DNA of 60,585 nucleotides, counting the filler, from Bipalium vagum (taxonomy: Eukaryota), in assembly GCA_037834085.1 (NCBI GenBank). It is 3 parts of 3 records of this genome, joined end to end, with 100 filler letters (N's around TTAATTAATTAA, not from the genome) between each part and the next. Parts side by side here need not be neighbours in the genome. Positions count along the whole stretch, not along the records: positions 1 to 16,232 come from JBBMKC010121376.1; 2 more parts are not named here. One strand, 5' to 3'. Shown one piece after another: positions 1 to 14,525 of this stretch. The notes beneath the pieces are model-generated. The model was not told the origin of the DNA, searched no databases, and worked only from the letters and a program-made list of their open reading frames with translations. Position 1 is the stretch's first letter, and every line of letters starts with the position of its first letter. Position numbers and translations under genes: made by a program.

Positions 1-25
1 AATAATAATAATAATAATAATAATA

Positions 26-77
<52 letters not shown>
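1..77. repeat. (AAT)n microsatellite
   Basis: Near-perfect AAT trinucleotide run at the window start. Confidence 0.95.
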
Positions 78-1184
78 GATTTACAAATAATTACTAAAAT
101 GACTAAAATCATTTAATATTTGCAAATATAATGAGAAATTTCATTAAAAAATAACTAAAAATAATTCATTTTACATCTTTCTATTAATTTCAAAGACAAC
201 ATCATACGATAACCGATTTATCATCACAGAAAAAATTCCACAGAACTTGCTCGGATCTAGGACACGTTTTAATTATCCGTGCAATTAGCGCTGATCATAT
301 TTGTATGGAAATAAAACACAATGAAGAATGTAAATTAACTTCATACAACTAATGGTATTTTATCTCTTATCAGGACATATGTGGAGTAGAGATGAGTTTT
401 TGGAAATGACAGCGGAAATGAATTCGAATTACTTTGCCGATCCCAATTGATGTTCCAGAAACATGTCGACCTATCCATGTGGACACGAACGCACTTATCG
501 TATCTCTCCTCTTTTGTTTTCGATTTTCGCCTTTATAATATCTTATACTCGGCTTGTATTTTAGAAGTTTTTCTTAATTTCTGCATTATCCTAAAAACTA
601 TTTTGAATTCAATTGGGTATGAATAAAAGACTTTAATTTCGGTAACGAGAATATAACATTTTTGACAAAAAACATTATTTTTATTGTTCATATACTTGGT
701 GCGCCCAATATGTGGGAAGAAAATATAATTTTGTCATGCAATGAAAGTTTTATTGTAACTATATTGTTATAGGTTTAATTTTTGTAGTTTGTTTTATGTT
801 ATCATTACAGTTAATATTGACATTTGCAGTAATTATGGTTATGTGTGAGGAGGGTGTATTAATTTTATATTATTAAAAAAAACTTTTAATATTTATTTTA
901 TGAAAAATAGACACATGAAAATCAATCGTTTGTTTCTCCCAAAAATCTGGCAAATGATTATCTCAGTGTAATAAATGATTTTTCTTTAGAATGAATCCAA
1001 TTGGACACTCAATTTTGAATGTCTTCGTACAAACTGAATTGCATATCTTCCAGAGAATGTGTTATGAAACTGAATAAATGAAATTCTGTTGACTGTGGAT
1101 CTAGAGATTATGCTGAATGAATAAGGATTTCCAATTACAAGTCGAAAAAAAATATATAGAAGGAAACTATATCCTGTGTTGTGA

Positions 1185-1579
1185 AAAAACTTGTGGATTT
1201 TACACCATGATAACGCTCCACCCACAAAGTGTTATCAGGCAAGCTTTATTTGAGCAGCAAAAATATAACTGAACTTGAACATCATCCATACTCTCCTGAT
1301 TTAGCACCTTGCGATTTTTTCCTATTCCCAAAAATAAAATCGGCTCTTAAAGGTGTGCATTTTGTAAGTAAGGAAGAAGTACAAAATAGGACGATGCAGC
1401 TATTACGCAACCTGACGATTGGCAACCTGCAGCATTGTTTTGAACGGTAGAAAGAGCGTTTGCAGATGTGTGTGAATTGTGATGGATCATATCTTGAAGG
1501 AGACCATAAATAGTTGTACATACTTTGTGATTAAATAAAACTTACAGCATCAGTCTCGTTATTTTTGTGTGGCACCATG
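1185..1579 (+). mobile_element. mariner transposon 3' remnant (DD34D transposase C-terminus)
   Basis: Reads LWILHHDNAP...HHPYSPDLAPCDFFLFPKIKSALKG (ORF 1229-1450). Ends in TIR-like GTCTCGTTATTTTTGTGTGGCACCATG followed by TA. Confidence 0.85.
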
Positions 1580-3049
1580 TACATATATATACAGGTATAT
1601 ATTCACGACTTAAAAAAACATTATCTTATCTTGTAATGTAAAAGAAGGATTTTGCATTGAATTTTGGTTATTGCAGATTCTGTTTTCACGAATTCATCAT
1701 TTAATCCTTTTAGTTGATGTTGATATCGTTCCTACGTAATTCTTTCCTACGTAATATCCTGGATCAGGCCACGATTTCAGTTTCAAAAGCCAGAAAAGAA
1801 AAATAATAATAACGTTAATTTGAAATAAATTTATTAAGAGAAAAAAATGTAATAAGTGAAAGAAATAAAATTATGATAAAAATTTTATCAAATTATAGAA
1901 AAAATGTTTAAATAAAAAAGGTTATAAACGGAAAAACACTTTTAATTGTTAAATTTGAAAGAATCTGAAAAACTAAAAAATAATACCAAAAAATAGATTT
2001 AAACAAACAATAACTTCATTTTTTACTTTGTTTTCCATTCATGAATTACTTTAATCAATAATTTCGGCTAATGGTTATTAATATTTTATCAGTAATATGG
2101 GAAGCAGAACATAAAATAATAATTAATGTTAATAATTAACGTTAATAATACATATTATTCTCGTTCTGTGATGTCTGCGTATCAATAATATTAAAAGAAT
2201 ACCATTAAAATAATATGTACAGATGAAAGTGTAATTATAAAATCGAAGTAAAATAATGATTTGGGATATGTTAGAGGATATGGACTCCCATCATTAATTT
2301 GCAACATTGGTACTAATTTGGTAGTGATTTGAGTGCATTTGAAAGACGCTGGACGGAGATCGAACAGTATTGGTTAGTTAAGATGACTGAAAGAGAAACA
2401 GTACGATGAGATCCGAAGTTTGAATGGAAAATGTAATTATTAAAAAGGATGGTGACTATCTATAACAATTTTACCATATAATCTTTATCAATTTGTTAAT
2501 AGCTGAGATTTTTTGGCTCTCCTATATTAGAAGGCCAAATCGGTATGAGAGAAATAATCAATAGTGTACTTATAATATTAAAAGATATTTTCATCTAAAT
2601 TATGAATTTTCTGGAACTGAATTAAGCCTGGGTTAATTACTGAAGAAGAGTATTGAACAATGACAATAGAAAAACTAATTTGATATTATATAAGTGAAAC
2701 TCATATAATCTATTTAAAACGGAACAAATTTGATGTTTTCATTCAGCTGATATCATTATTTTTATTGTTTAAGCTGGTAACTATATAAATGGAGAAGAAA
2801 TGATAAATGTTATTATTGAATTCGAAGGTTTAAAGAAATCCTCGTAATGATGACGTTTTATTAACATTTCAAGTTATCTAAGATGTTTGGGGAAAAGGTA
2901 ATTATTCTAATGTATATTGTTATCATTAAATGAAATGTTGGCACATGATGTATGTTGCGTGAAGAGTTGTGAAAGCGAAAATGAAACAACGTTAACCTTT
3001 AATTGAAATTGCTTTATTGAACACAGTCTCCTGACAAATCAGCATACTA

Positions 3050-3610
3050 GCTCAATTTAATCGCTAATAATTCTATGGTATGTTTGAAGAACGATTCCCG
3101 AAAGTCTGCAAAATACTGTAACACATCTGCCATAGCTTTTTCATTTTATGAAAAAATCTTCCTGTAGAAATTGCGTTAAGTGTGCCTTTCCTCTAATAGT
3201 ATTCAGAGCTATTAGTTTTACCGCTTTCAAGGTAATCGATCAGCAGAAGATTTTTTGTATTCCAAAAAATATTGATATCATCTATTTTATTTAGGGTAAT
3301 AGTGATACATTCAAGTTTCGTCAATGGTTATGAAACAACCTGCTTTATTTTTATTTCAAAGATCTAAATGGAATGGTGTTCACAACGTTGTTTCCTACAG
3401 AGCTTTTGTGGTCGTTAAATTCGGGGCATCTGTTTTCCAAATACTTTTAATATATGCAAATCTTCTTTTAAAATCTGACAAACTTGCTCGTCTAAGATGA
3501 ACAAGTCTTCATCAATTTCATGCAACGTCAATTGGATATTTATGTATAATTTCGTGAATTCGGTTCCATTTTTAAGAAATTTTAAGATTTTCACGAGCAT
3601 CACCTTTGTT
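3050..3610 (-). mobile_element. decayed mariner transposase remnant
   Basis: Minus-strand fragments LTLHEIDEDL...QILKEDLHILKVFGKQMPR (WVPR-like) and FWNTKNLLLIDYLESGKT. Confidence 0.7.
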
Positions 3611-3719
3611 TCTTAAGCAACCACATTTTAATTCTACAGCTCATCGAGTGACAATAGAAAATTCAGGCTCAAATCCTTTTCATATTTAAACCATTTCCAG
3701 AAAAAAAATTGTTCTCATA

Positions 3720-4641
3720 CCAAAATTATAAATGACACAAATCACGAAGACAAACAGCGATGCTGAAGACAAAAAAAAACAAACATAGTGCAAGATAGAA
3801 AAATTAAGAAAATTTTCCTGTTACATAGACGTCAATCAGCGTGAATTATATATGCATTATATAAAGAATTTCAGGAAATGAATGTCAGCGTTTCTACCAT
3901 AAAACGCAGACTGAAAAGTTTTGGCTTATACGGCTGGGTAGCTGCAAAAACCTTTATTTAGAAAATTTAATAAAGCAAAGATCCTGAGATGGGTCACCAA
4001 ACACATAGACTAGAAATTTGACCAATGGAAAAGGTCTAGTAGACAAATGAATCGAACTTCCAGCTTTTCGGTTCGCAGAATGTTTGTTAGAAGATTTTCT
4101 GCAGAAAGGTATAAGAAAAAGTTTTTGGTTCCTAAAGTGAAGTTTGGAAGTGGTTCAATTATAGATTGAGGATGCCTTGGAGGAGAAAATGAAAAATATT
4201 TATGCATAAAAATGATCTTAAACATACCACCAAGAAATACAAAGCCTACTTGGAGGAGTTAGATCAGCAGAATGTTCTCAAAATAATGGAATGGTCTCTT
4301 CAATCACCAGAGCTTAACCATCTTGAATTACTGTAAGATGAATTTGACAGAAAAATTTGGTTAAAACTGCCATCTGGCTTGCAATAACACCAGAAATTAT
4401 ACTGAAATTGATCAATCTCATGTCGAGGATTTGTGTAGCTGTTATTAAAAATCAAGAAGTTACTTTGATGAATGTTATATGTAATATAAAGTAAATATTT
4501 TTCTTCTTAGTTCGAATAAATATGAAAATTATTGTTAAATTTTATAAATAAATTAACTGTGAAACATTTGCCATAAACAGTGTTCCATTTATGTTATACT
4601 TAAAAATGCAAGTGCCTATCTAAAACTTTTGATCGGCAGTG
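3720..4641 (+). mobile_element. decayed Tc1-like transposon
   Basis: Fragments NVSVSTIKRRLKSFGLYG, KVKFGSGSI and MEWSLQSPELNHLELL. Right end AAAACTTTTGATCGGCAGTG|TA is a Tc1-type terminus. Confidence 0.75.
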
Positions 4642-5172
4642 TATATGAAAACAACTATGTTTAAAGAAAAGATTAATTTATGTTTCTCACTATAATAAAA
4701 AAAATATTAAAGAATTAATTTTTTTCTGTTCACATTATATTATGAAACAAGTTCAATTAACAGTGATAAATCATATCAACAGAATGTATATGTCCAATGT
4801 GTTTAGTGAATTTTGCAATTTTAAGTGGACAGAAAAGACTGTACAGATTCGTAGATACATTTGGTGAATAGTCTGGCGAAAATATTGAATTTGTTAACAT
4901 ACGGAGGAATACTCATTTGGTCAAGAGGCATTCATAGTACTCGACTTTTATGTCTCATGACAATGGAAAGACAAATTTGTTAATGTAAATAATTAATATT
5001 ATACAGGGTTTGGGGAAATGAAATTAAAAATTTAATTCAATTCATTCTACTTTAGTTATTATAAGCTTTTGTTATTTTATTGGATAATTGTTGGAAAACT
5101 ATTGAAAATATAAAAGAATTTATTTGTTAATAATTTTCGTAAAACTTATTAACCAACTCATTGATTCAACTA

Positions 5173-6045
5173 TTAGGTTGGAAATAAATTTATGGCGGAT
5201 TTATGATTTCATTTTTTCATTATGAATTGTTTTGTTTTATTAATATAAATTTGTTTTTATCTTAAAGCGAAATATTTTAAAAAGGTAAGTCAACGAAAAT
5301 TTTTAATAAAGAAAAATAATCTAAAATCTTTAGGCATCTGAAAACGAGATAAACGTCATCCAATTTAGAACAATGTTCATTTATGAATACAAAATGGATC
5401 ATAATGTTGCACAAACAACTTGAAATTTGAACAGGAAGTTTGAAGTGAACGAAAGTTTCAAATATTTAAGGATGAAGATGGAGATATTTAAGATAAAGAT
5501 GGTCGTATAGGAAAACCTTCCATCTCCAATAACGATTTGAAGACACTGGTTGAGAATGATCGGCGTTCAACTGTTCGGGAGCTTAACTGTGCGCTATATG
5601 CTTTAGCTATCACTATTTTCAATCATCTGTGAGAAATAGAAAAGTTAAAGAAACTCGATAAATAGGGTCCACATGATATGACAGAAAAGCAAAAGATATG
5701 TCGTTTTGAGGTTTCGTCAACAATTCTTTTGCGCAACAAAAAGGAACTTTTTCTCAATTTTATTGTGGCATGTGATGAGAAATAAATCCTGCATGACAAC
5801 TGCCGACGTTCTCATTAGTGGTTAGATCAATATTAACCTCCTAAATCTAAATTACACCAACGGAAGGTTTTTGTAATTGTTTGGTGGTGATCCACAGATT
5901 TAATCCATTATAAATTCCGGAAATGTGATCAAACAATTCCCAACAAAAATATTGTTTGAAAATAGGTGAAATGTATCAAAAACTGAAGTGTATTTACAAA
6001 GCAATAGAATGGTCAATAGAAAGGTCCATTGATTTTACATAATAA
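5173..6045 (+). mobile_element. 3'-truncated mariner (Hsmar1/cecropia-like) remnant
   Basis: Starts TA|TTAGGTTGGAAATAAA. Fragments KKLDK*GPHDMTEKQKICRFEVS...FLNFIVACDEK*ILHDN, with many stops. Confidence 0.8.
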
Positions 6046-8514
6046 TACTTATATTAATTTCCTGACTATTTGATCAATTATTACAAAATAACAGGAAGAG
6101 GAAAAAATTAACAATAGCACACAAACCTTTCTGTAACATCATTGGATAGTAACAGTGTCAATATTTTTATTTTCCTAATATGAAAAATATGGAACTAAAG
6201 CATAATATTTTATCGATTTTTTAAAATGATATTTCATGACTATGATCAACAAATATTATAATTGGCTCTACCGGTAATATCCATAGGAGTCGTGACTCAA
6301 TATACAATGATATAAAACGGTCAATTTTTTATTCGATGAGTCAGAAACTAATTTTTTAAATGTTACTGGAGATTTCAAAAAAACATTTTTAAAAATTTTT
6401 TTTACAGTAGTTTTAAATGATTGGTTTTTCAAGCGATGTTTGAAACCATTTAATGATAATGATGTTGTAGGTTTATAATTTTAAAATTTATCAAACAAAG
6501 AGCTTAAAAAAAAATTAAAAAGATTAAGCGACAAATATGGATTATATAAAAAAATAATTTATAACAGATTTAGATAACTTAAAAAAATTTTTATTTTAAA
6601 CTGAAAAATTTTACAATACAAAAGACATTTTTTATATACGGTAAAATATCAAAACATTATAAAACCACATATTTTATATATTTCTCTTAAGATATCATGT
6701 TATTTACTGTTGTTCAGATAATCATGCTTTTATCTGAAATGAGCATTTAACTAATTGAGAATATAATTAAAACCATTAAAACAACAAACTCCATCTGTCA
6801 ATTTTTAAAAAAGTCTGCAACGATAACTAATTTTTAAATTAATCCAATTTTTGTAAATTTGTTATTTACAGAGAGCTATTATTAAAATTTTGAAAATTAA
6901 TAAATAATAATTAATATTTTTGATGTTACATAATATTTGTTTGATAAAACTATTCGAGCGCAAGTAAACATAATTTCCTAATTTTCGTCTCTTTAAATTT
7001 ACAGTATCATATAATTTCAGGATCATCTTTCGAGCATCTTAACACAACATTGTCACTGATATTTTTCCTGCAAAGAATAACATTAAAAAATGTAATTAAA
7101 TATAATTTCATTCTTTAATAATGTTAAACATGAAAATTTAAACCAAAAATTTAATTTTAATAAAATATTGAATTTTTAATTGTTAATAAATTATTATATT
7201 ATTATATTAATATTATATTATAAATTTTATACTTAAACAATAGTGAACTTCGAATATTAACCAATATTATCTCCGAAAGTATTTTTAAAGTCAATTATTG
7301 ACCGCCAAAATAAAACAAAGTTCTACATATTAATAATATATATTATTATAATAATTTAGAAAAATGACATAAGAATTCTTATAAAATTTTTTCTACATCT
7401 ATCTGTTAATAAATATTAATTTAAACACAAAAAATAAATAAATAACATTAATTTATTTAAAAATAATTTTTTTAATTTATTATAAAATATGTTTCTAAAA
7501 TAAACTTTATTATCGACAAATTTATACAATTTTTATTATTAATAAACCTTTAAATACCGTAATCAATGAAATAACTACTCAAAATTAATTCTTATATTTC
7601 ACAATAATTGCTTTTGTTTAAACTTTCATTCTTTTCAGTAGTTCAATATATCGAAAAAAATGAATAAATGAAAACATTAAACTATTTAATAAAACATCGA
7701 CATAAGATTGTTGAGTTTATAAAATTGATATATTTTAAATTTAATCGTGATATTTTGAGAATGATAAAATAAAAAAAACATTACAAAATTAGACTGAAAC
7801 ATAACAATATCATATAATAATAAAAATAAATAATAAAAATAATAAAAATAATAAATAATAATATCATGTATAAATAATATGATCAATATTAAAATGAGAA
7901 ACAATTATTTCTAATTAATCGGATATTTTGAAACATAAAAATAATTTTAATTTATAAATATAAATTATAATTTATATTAGAAAATTAAAACAAATAAGTC
8001 GAATATTTTAGATAATGAAATTCTATAAAATAAACAATTTATTCAAGACAAATATAAATATTTATTTTTCGCATTTTTGATCCTCCAATTTTGTTTACTT
8101 AATGATTAAATAAATAAAATATAATCCAGGCTTCCAATAAAATGGTGTCATTCATCTTTAAGGATCACTTTCACGCTCGATTTAATAATGTCAAAATAAA
8201 TTTGTATAATTTGTTGGGCTTGAATGAAGGCCAACGCTGAACGACCCAAAAATTACTTCTTTTAAAGTTCCAATTAATAATTCAAGTGACAAAATTGGTG
8301 GAATTTTGGGAATTTTGCAAATTTCAATTTACACTTGAAAATATAATTTATTTGGGATTTATATTATGAATCGGGTTTCATTGCATGGAGTCATTTTCTG
8401 TAAAATTTTCAATTTTTCTAACAACAATAATCAGAAAGAAAATCGATTGAAAAAATTATTTAAAATTTTTATCAGTACGCGGTCAGTTTAATTTAAATTC
8501 TGCTTTATTTCTCA

Positions 8515-8644
8515 NNNNNNNNNNNNNNNNNNNNNNNNNNNNNNNNNNNNNNNNNNNNNNNNNNNNNNNNNNNNNNNNNNNNNNNNNNNNNNNNNNNNNN
8601 NNNNNNNNNNNNNNNNNNNNNNNNNNNNNNNNNNNNNNNNNNNN
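8515..8644. other. assembly gap (130 N)
   Basis: Run of N. Confidence 0.99.
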
Positions 8645-9859
8645 GTAAGTTAAGATATTTTTAAAGTTATTGTCTTTGCTGATTTCACAATGTGAAGTTA
8701 TTTTGAAGAATTATAATCTTTTGACTCAACTGAGATTTGTAAATTAAATGTTGGAAATAATTTGCTAGGTATAAGTATTGAAAGTTTTTCCCATGTTTTT
8801 CAAGATATACTCTTTAGTAATCTTAAAGATATTTATTGAATTACGCCTGTTTACCGAACTTCAATGTTCAAATTTGTTTTTAATTTCATAAGAAAAGTAT
8901 CGTAATGAACAACAACGGAGACCTTTTCTTGGATAAGTTTGTATTCGAAGATAGATTTTTAATTAGCCCTTGATATAAAGAAATATTTTCGAAAAAATGT
9001 TAAGTAAAACTAATTGCTCTAACGAATACTCGCACTGTTAAGGTAATTCAAGGTATACATTAGTCGTTGTTCCTTATTACCCCATCATAACTAGTTGTCA
9101 TTAATAATATCTTTTCTTTATTGAATTGAAAACTTAAATCTTTTGCAATGGTATTGTCACAAATTGTTACTCCGATTCATTCTAACTTCCTTTATTTTAA
9201 CTTTATATTTTTAAGTTATTTTATTTTCTTCTGCTTTATTTAATATTTTCCTAAAATTTTTATTAAAAATATTCGATTTCATCACCATTTTCTGATAAAT
9301 TTATTTATTTATATAATATAAAATAATTTTAACTTAAAATTATTTCTTCTGTTAATCTTTTTCTTTCTAATTTTATTTTAGTAATAATATTATGTAGTAA
9401 TTATTATTAACATTTTTATATAATATTTCTATAAAATTCATTAATACATAATTTTTCAAAATATAAATTATTTTTGATATTTTTAAATATATTTTTTATT
9501 ATTTCTTTCGAATTTGATCTTTATAAAAAAGATTACGTATAAAAAAAACGTATTAGTTACATATGACAATCATCACTTTTTATAGTGAGTAGAAAAACTT
9601 TGTAATCTTTAGGAGACTTATTATAATACTTGATGTACCCCATAGGTAATGCCGATTTATTTAAATTAATTCTCCGACATATGGTAACATAATTTTGAAT
9701 TCAAATTTAATTCATTTTGTTTTAATATTTACTATTTACCCGAGTAATTATTCAAATGTTCATTGGATGTTAATATATTAAATATTTTATTAGATCTAAA
9801 CATTTATTTTGTATTAAAATCTTTGTGGAAGATTCTTATTCATTATTTTATGATGATTT

Positions 9860-10260
9860 TAATTAATGAACGAAAATTTTACAGAAAGCTACCGCATAAT
9901 TTTCAGGATTTATGAAAAATAGGTAGTATCTCATGATACATATGAGTGTTGGTTTAAGCGCTTCAGAAATAACGATTTTAAAAATTGAAGATCTTGATTA
10001 TATCTAATGCAGTTAAAAGCATCTTAAAAGATATGACCTGATAAGTAATCACCATATTCATCAAATCTTTTAATTTCAGATTTTCACCTATTCCAGTACA
10101 TGGACTTCCTAATTAACACTTCATAAAGTTCGAAGATGTTCAAAAATATGTCTCTGGATGATTCACCCTAAAACTAGAAATGTTCTTTAGGGACGATATC
10201 AATAAACTAACTGAAAGATGAGATCACTTTGTGGCTACCAATGATCATTTCTTTTAATAT
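9860..10260 (+). mobile_element. internally deleted mariner relic
   Basis: N-terminal WFKRFRNNDF-like piece directly joined to C-terminal SPYSSNL...DFHLF and KLTER pieces. Confidence 0.55.
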
Positions 10261-12243
10261 TAAAAAATCCACATCTTTTATCAGAGATTTCAATAATTTT
10301 AAGTACTTTGAGTGATCTCAATTATTGGAAACATCGCTTACCTTAGCTGTTGTATTACCATTTCCTGGGAGTTCTTCCGTCCACATATTAATAGGTTACT
10401 TTCCTGAGTTTCTAAACATAAACTACTTTAAATTTTTATATTTATGAAATCTTTTTATAAGCCACTTGCTAAAATAATAATAGAGTCTCTCTATATATTT
10501 TTTAATAATAATAAAAATAATAATAATATTTTTTAAAAAATAATTTTATAATATAAGATGATAATGAAATTAATTAACCTCCAATATATCACGTATTGAA
10601 ATGGAATTTTGATGATCTGAGGTTAATTGGTTTTTAATACTGATTTTTAGTAACCTTTTCATAATAAATTGTCTTATTCTTTCAGAGGTTGTTTAAAAAT
10701 CTTTTCCAATCAGATTGCCTCATAGGAAACAGAAATCTTTTCTATGAAATTCTCAAATTGATCATATTATGGTTAAAAGACAGTAAACAAGGATCACGTT
10801 TTGAGATGGCATTACAATATTAATGAAACAATATTAAAGTTTTAAAAATTCTGCAAATGATTTTCTGAAAAGAAATTAAACATGGGAAGATTTTGGAATA
10901 TTTCCATTATCATCGCTTTGATGACCGAAATTAGTTTGGTATGGCATAGGATCAGTGACACCCATTTCACAATTAAATATTGCACCTTGAGATGTAATTC
11001 TTAAAATTGTAAATTATAATTTCTATTTTTTATTTTTATAATTTCATCATTTTATTGATTTTTTAATTACTCTGTTGACAGAACACAAAAAATAATTATT
11101 TTATCAAATTCATATCGCATATCTCTGAGACACTGATTTCGCTTTCAAGAGTCAAATATAATAATAACTGAGCGAGTCAAAAATATTATTTTTATAAAAT
11201 CTCATTATTAAGACGAAGAATAATTTCACAAAATTTTCTCCTTTTTCTTGTAATTTTTCTCGTATTTTTACATCATTTTAATACTGTTAATTGACATAGC
11301 ACTTCTTCCTTTTCAGTACCTGTTTTAATTTGTTTTAAGCTCATCAAGGCTTCATGAGGCAATTGTGTTGAAAGACGCTGCTGCAAACTCATTAATATTT
11401 TCCATCATTGTTTGCTATCTATAGAACGTTTGGGGGTGGTGAGTCCTTCGGGTTCAAATTGTATTTTATAATTAAATAATTAGAATTAAAATAAATTAGG
11501 TATTTGTAATTTTGTGGAATGGTGTGACCTACAGGATGATTATTAATTTTTAAAAATATTTTAATATTAGTTTCATTGTTTTAATAGTACGTACAAAATA
11601 ATTAATTAAGCATGATTTTAAAATTATTTTGTTTATAAAATTAGTATACTTCATAAAATTTATATTTCAGCTTTAAAAAAAATTATTAAATAAATAAAAA
11701 TCGAAAAATTAACAAAAATAGAATAAATAAATAAAAATCGAATAAAAAATAAAAATCGGATAAATCAATAAATAAATATCGAATAGTAGTTAAATTAAAA
11801 TAATAATATTATTTTAATATTATAAAACAGTGTGTTTAAGTGAATATCAAATATTAACATATAGCAATTTCTTTAATATTTTCCTATTATATTCTACTTA
11901 CTATTTGTCAATTTAAATTTTAATTAAAATAATAATTTTATTATTATAGTTAATATAGAAAAAGAAGAATAAACCCGGAAAATGATCATGAAAGTTGAAA
12001 TTTTTGAAAGATTTTTCTGGAGGCAACTCAGAATAGAGACTTAAATTCATGAAAATATATAAATAATAAAAATGAAAACCAGTTTCATCGTATTGATTGA
12101 ATTAAAAAATAAATATTTAAAGCGAAAGAATTAAGCTAATATTTGTTTAACTTGTTACATTAATTTCATTGAAAAAATTAAAATTTTGTATCTTACACGA
12201 ATATTTTCTTTTTTTTTTAATATTTCACGATTACTTATTATTA

Positions 12244-12700
12244 TTGGGTTGATTCATAAGTTCATGCGTTTTTCTATATAAACTTTAAAAGGAAATTTTA
12301 AATATTTTCAATTGGGTGTGTGCGTTGAAAGCGAGAATATCTTAAAATAATTGTATTAATAAAAATAATTCACTTATTTAAACGAATTAACTGATTTTAT
12401 GTAGTTTGAATATTGTTCAAAATTATATTTTTTACACACTTTTAGATGGTGGAATATGTCACAAATAATCAACTATTTGTGCGAAGTGATTTTGATTTTT
12501 TCAGTATCAGAAAATCAGTTGCCGAAACCCACAAAATACTTATTGAGACTTATAGCAACACTATTTTTGTACTAATAAAAGATGGTTTGTAGGTTTCAGA
12601 AAGGGGATTTTAATGTGGAAGATTAAGAAAATACTGAACAAAAAAATCAGTATTAAGAAGAAGATCTGGAAGCATTATTTCAAGATGCATAACAAGCAAC
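12244..12700 (+). mobile_element. mariner 5' remnant
   Basis: TA|TTGGGTTGATTCATAAGTTCATGCG terminus followed by a decayed HTH region (KSVAETHKILIETY...GFRKGDFNVED). Confidence 0.6.
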
Positions 12701-12837
12701 CAGATTGTCAACATTATCTTTTGATCCAATTTCTAAGTGAGACATATTTCAGTATTTCGTCTTGGTCCAACCACTGTAGTGATCTTTGTTGGTTGTCAAA
12801 GATCATTGCTCATTACACGTCACAATTAAGATAAGAA

Positions 12838-13165
12838 ATGGTTCACTTCAATCAAAAATCTTTAGGGCAGTGTGATGGCTGTTCCGAACACAACTTCACA
12901 CTGACTCTGAAAATTGAGGAAGCTAAATCAAAGAATTAAGATCTTTTTATTTGTTTCATTGATATTGAAGATGCACTTGAAAATGCTCCAATCAAAGTTA
13001 TATTAGATATATTAGAAAAACAGAAAGTTGGTGAAAATGCACGACATATGATCGAAGACCTTTATCAAAATAAAGTTTTCTGCGAGACTTTTTCTACAGA
13101 ATCTATATAAGTTAAGAGGGAAGTAAGACAGGGCTGCTCGTTAACTGTGTCATAGTTTAATATAA
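12838..13165 (+). mobile_element. non-LTR retrotransposon reverse transcriptase fragment (R2/NeSL-like)
   Basis: One frame reads NQKSLGQCDGCSEHNFTL...*DLFICFIDIEDALENAP...IEDLY...VKREVRQGCSL...FNI. These are RT motifs 2-4 of RLE-type elements, with in-frame stops. Confidence 0.8.
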
Positions 13166-14525
13166 TGCAGATGAACTTTATTCAGAAGTATCGCACTAAT
13201 GAATTACCAACGAATTCAAAATTGAAAAAAGACGGAAACTGGAGAAATTTGTATGAGAAAGTAGAAACTGACTTAAGTGACTGCATCAACATAAAGTCTA
13301 TGGTACGAAAAAGGTACGTTACTGTACGCGATATCTTAGTTGATTTGTTATCCACTCTTAAAAAGAAATAAAAAATGCACGTTGAAAACGAAGGAATTTT
13401 TTAGATCAAAACTTAATTCCTGATAAACAATTAGTCAATAAGAGGCTTAAAAGATATGTATAAAATTATAGAAGTTAAAGTACCCCTTGAATCTGAGATC
13501 TATTGACGACACAAACAATTAAAAATACCAGACTTTATTGAACAAAGCCGAACTTGAACTTGGAAGAACATGGTACTATGATAACAAAACACTTATAATC
13601 GGAGCCGGGGAGTCATAGATCCCATAAAACTACCTAATACTTGGGGCATTAGAATTTTAAAAAACAGAAATTAATTAAATTATGGAAAAATATGCTGCGA
13701 GGACGATCATTAACACTCATATTATCCGGAAAAATTCATAGTCAGAGCTAAACATTAATAAAAACTCCGTGTCAATGACAACCATATCTTTGATTTGAAA
13801 AAAATCACTGAATTTGTTTTTTTTATTTATGTGCAAAATTTTATTTAAATATATATTCATTATTTTTGGTAGAGTCGAAGTACTTTTTAGCCTTACCACG
13901 TATATGTAAATCATGATTCTAATTTGGGGCAATAAGGATTCAGTATAACTATCAAATGAATGCTTTAAGTAGTCGTCTTCAAGGTTGGGGGGACTGTTTT
14001 GTCACACGGTATACATAAATACAAATAAACCAAATATTAAAAATATGAATTTTGTTTTTCAGTATAATTTATGCTGAAAACTGAGCGTATTTTTATTGAT
14101 TTCTTTTAATAAGTTAAATAATAGTACTTACCTGTTTACTACCAATAGATTATGACAATTTATTTTTACAAAATTTCTATTTATAGTAAATATCTTTAGT
14201 AACACAATGTTACTTTAATATTTATTATTACCAAATTTATTTTTTATAAAAAAATAGTAGTCATAACAACAAAAACAATAATAGTAGTGCGTTAGTTAAT
14301 TTATTAATTTTATTTAATTAAAATTTATAATTATTTTTGGAAATTTTCTTACAAAATTACAAAAATAAAAATAAACATAAAATTAAATAAGCCAAATTGC
14401 TTTTAATCACAATTCAGTGGTAATTAAGACAACATTGTTTTTGATCAATCATTTAATGCAGGGATAATTGGTTTTTGTTGGTATTGGTATTAATTTTTTA
14501 GCACAGAAAAATCTTATTGCATATA

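Noticed and set aside
2200-2950. Moderately complex stretch that could be a decayed gene or TE
   Set aside because: No recognisable motif in any frame I read; cannot be supported.
7686-7904. 72-aa F/Y/I-rich ORF and similar short AT-rich ORFs (e.g. 17557, 38931, 55541)
   Set aside because: Composition artefacts of AT-rich DNA.
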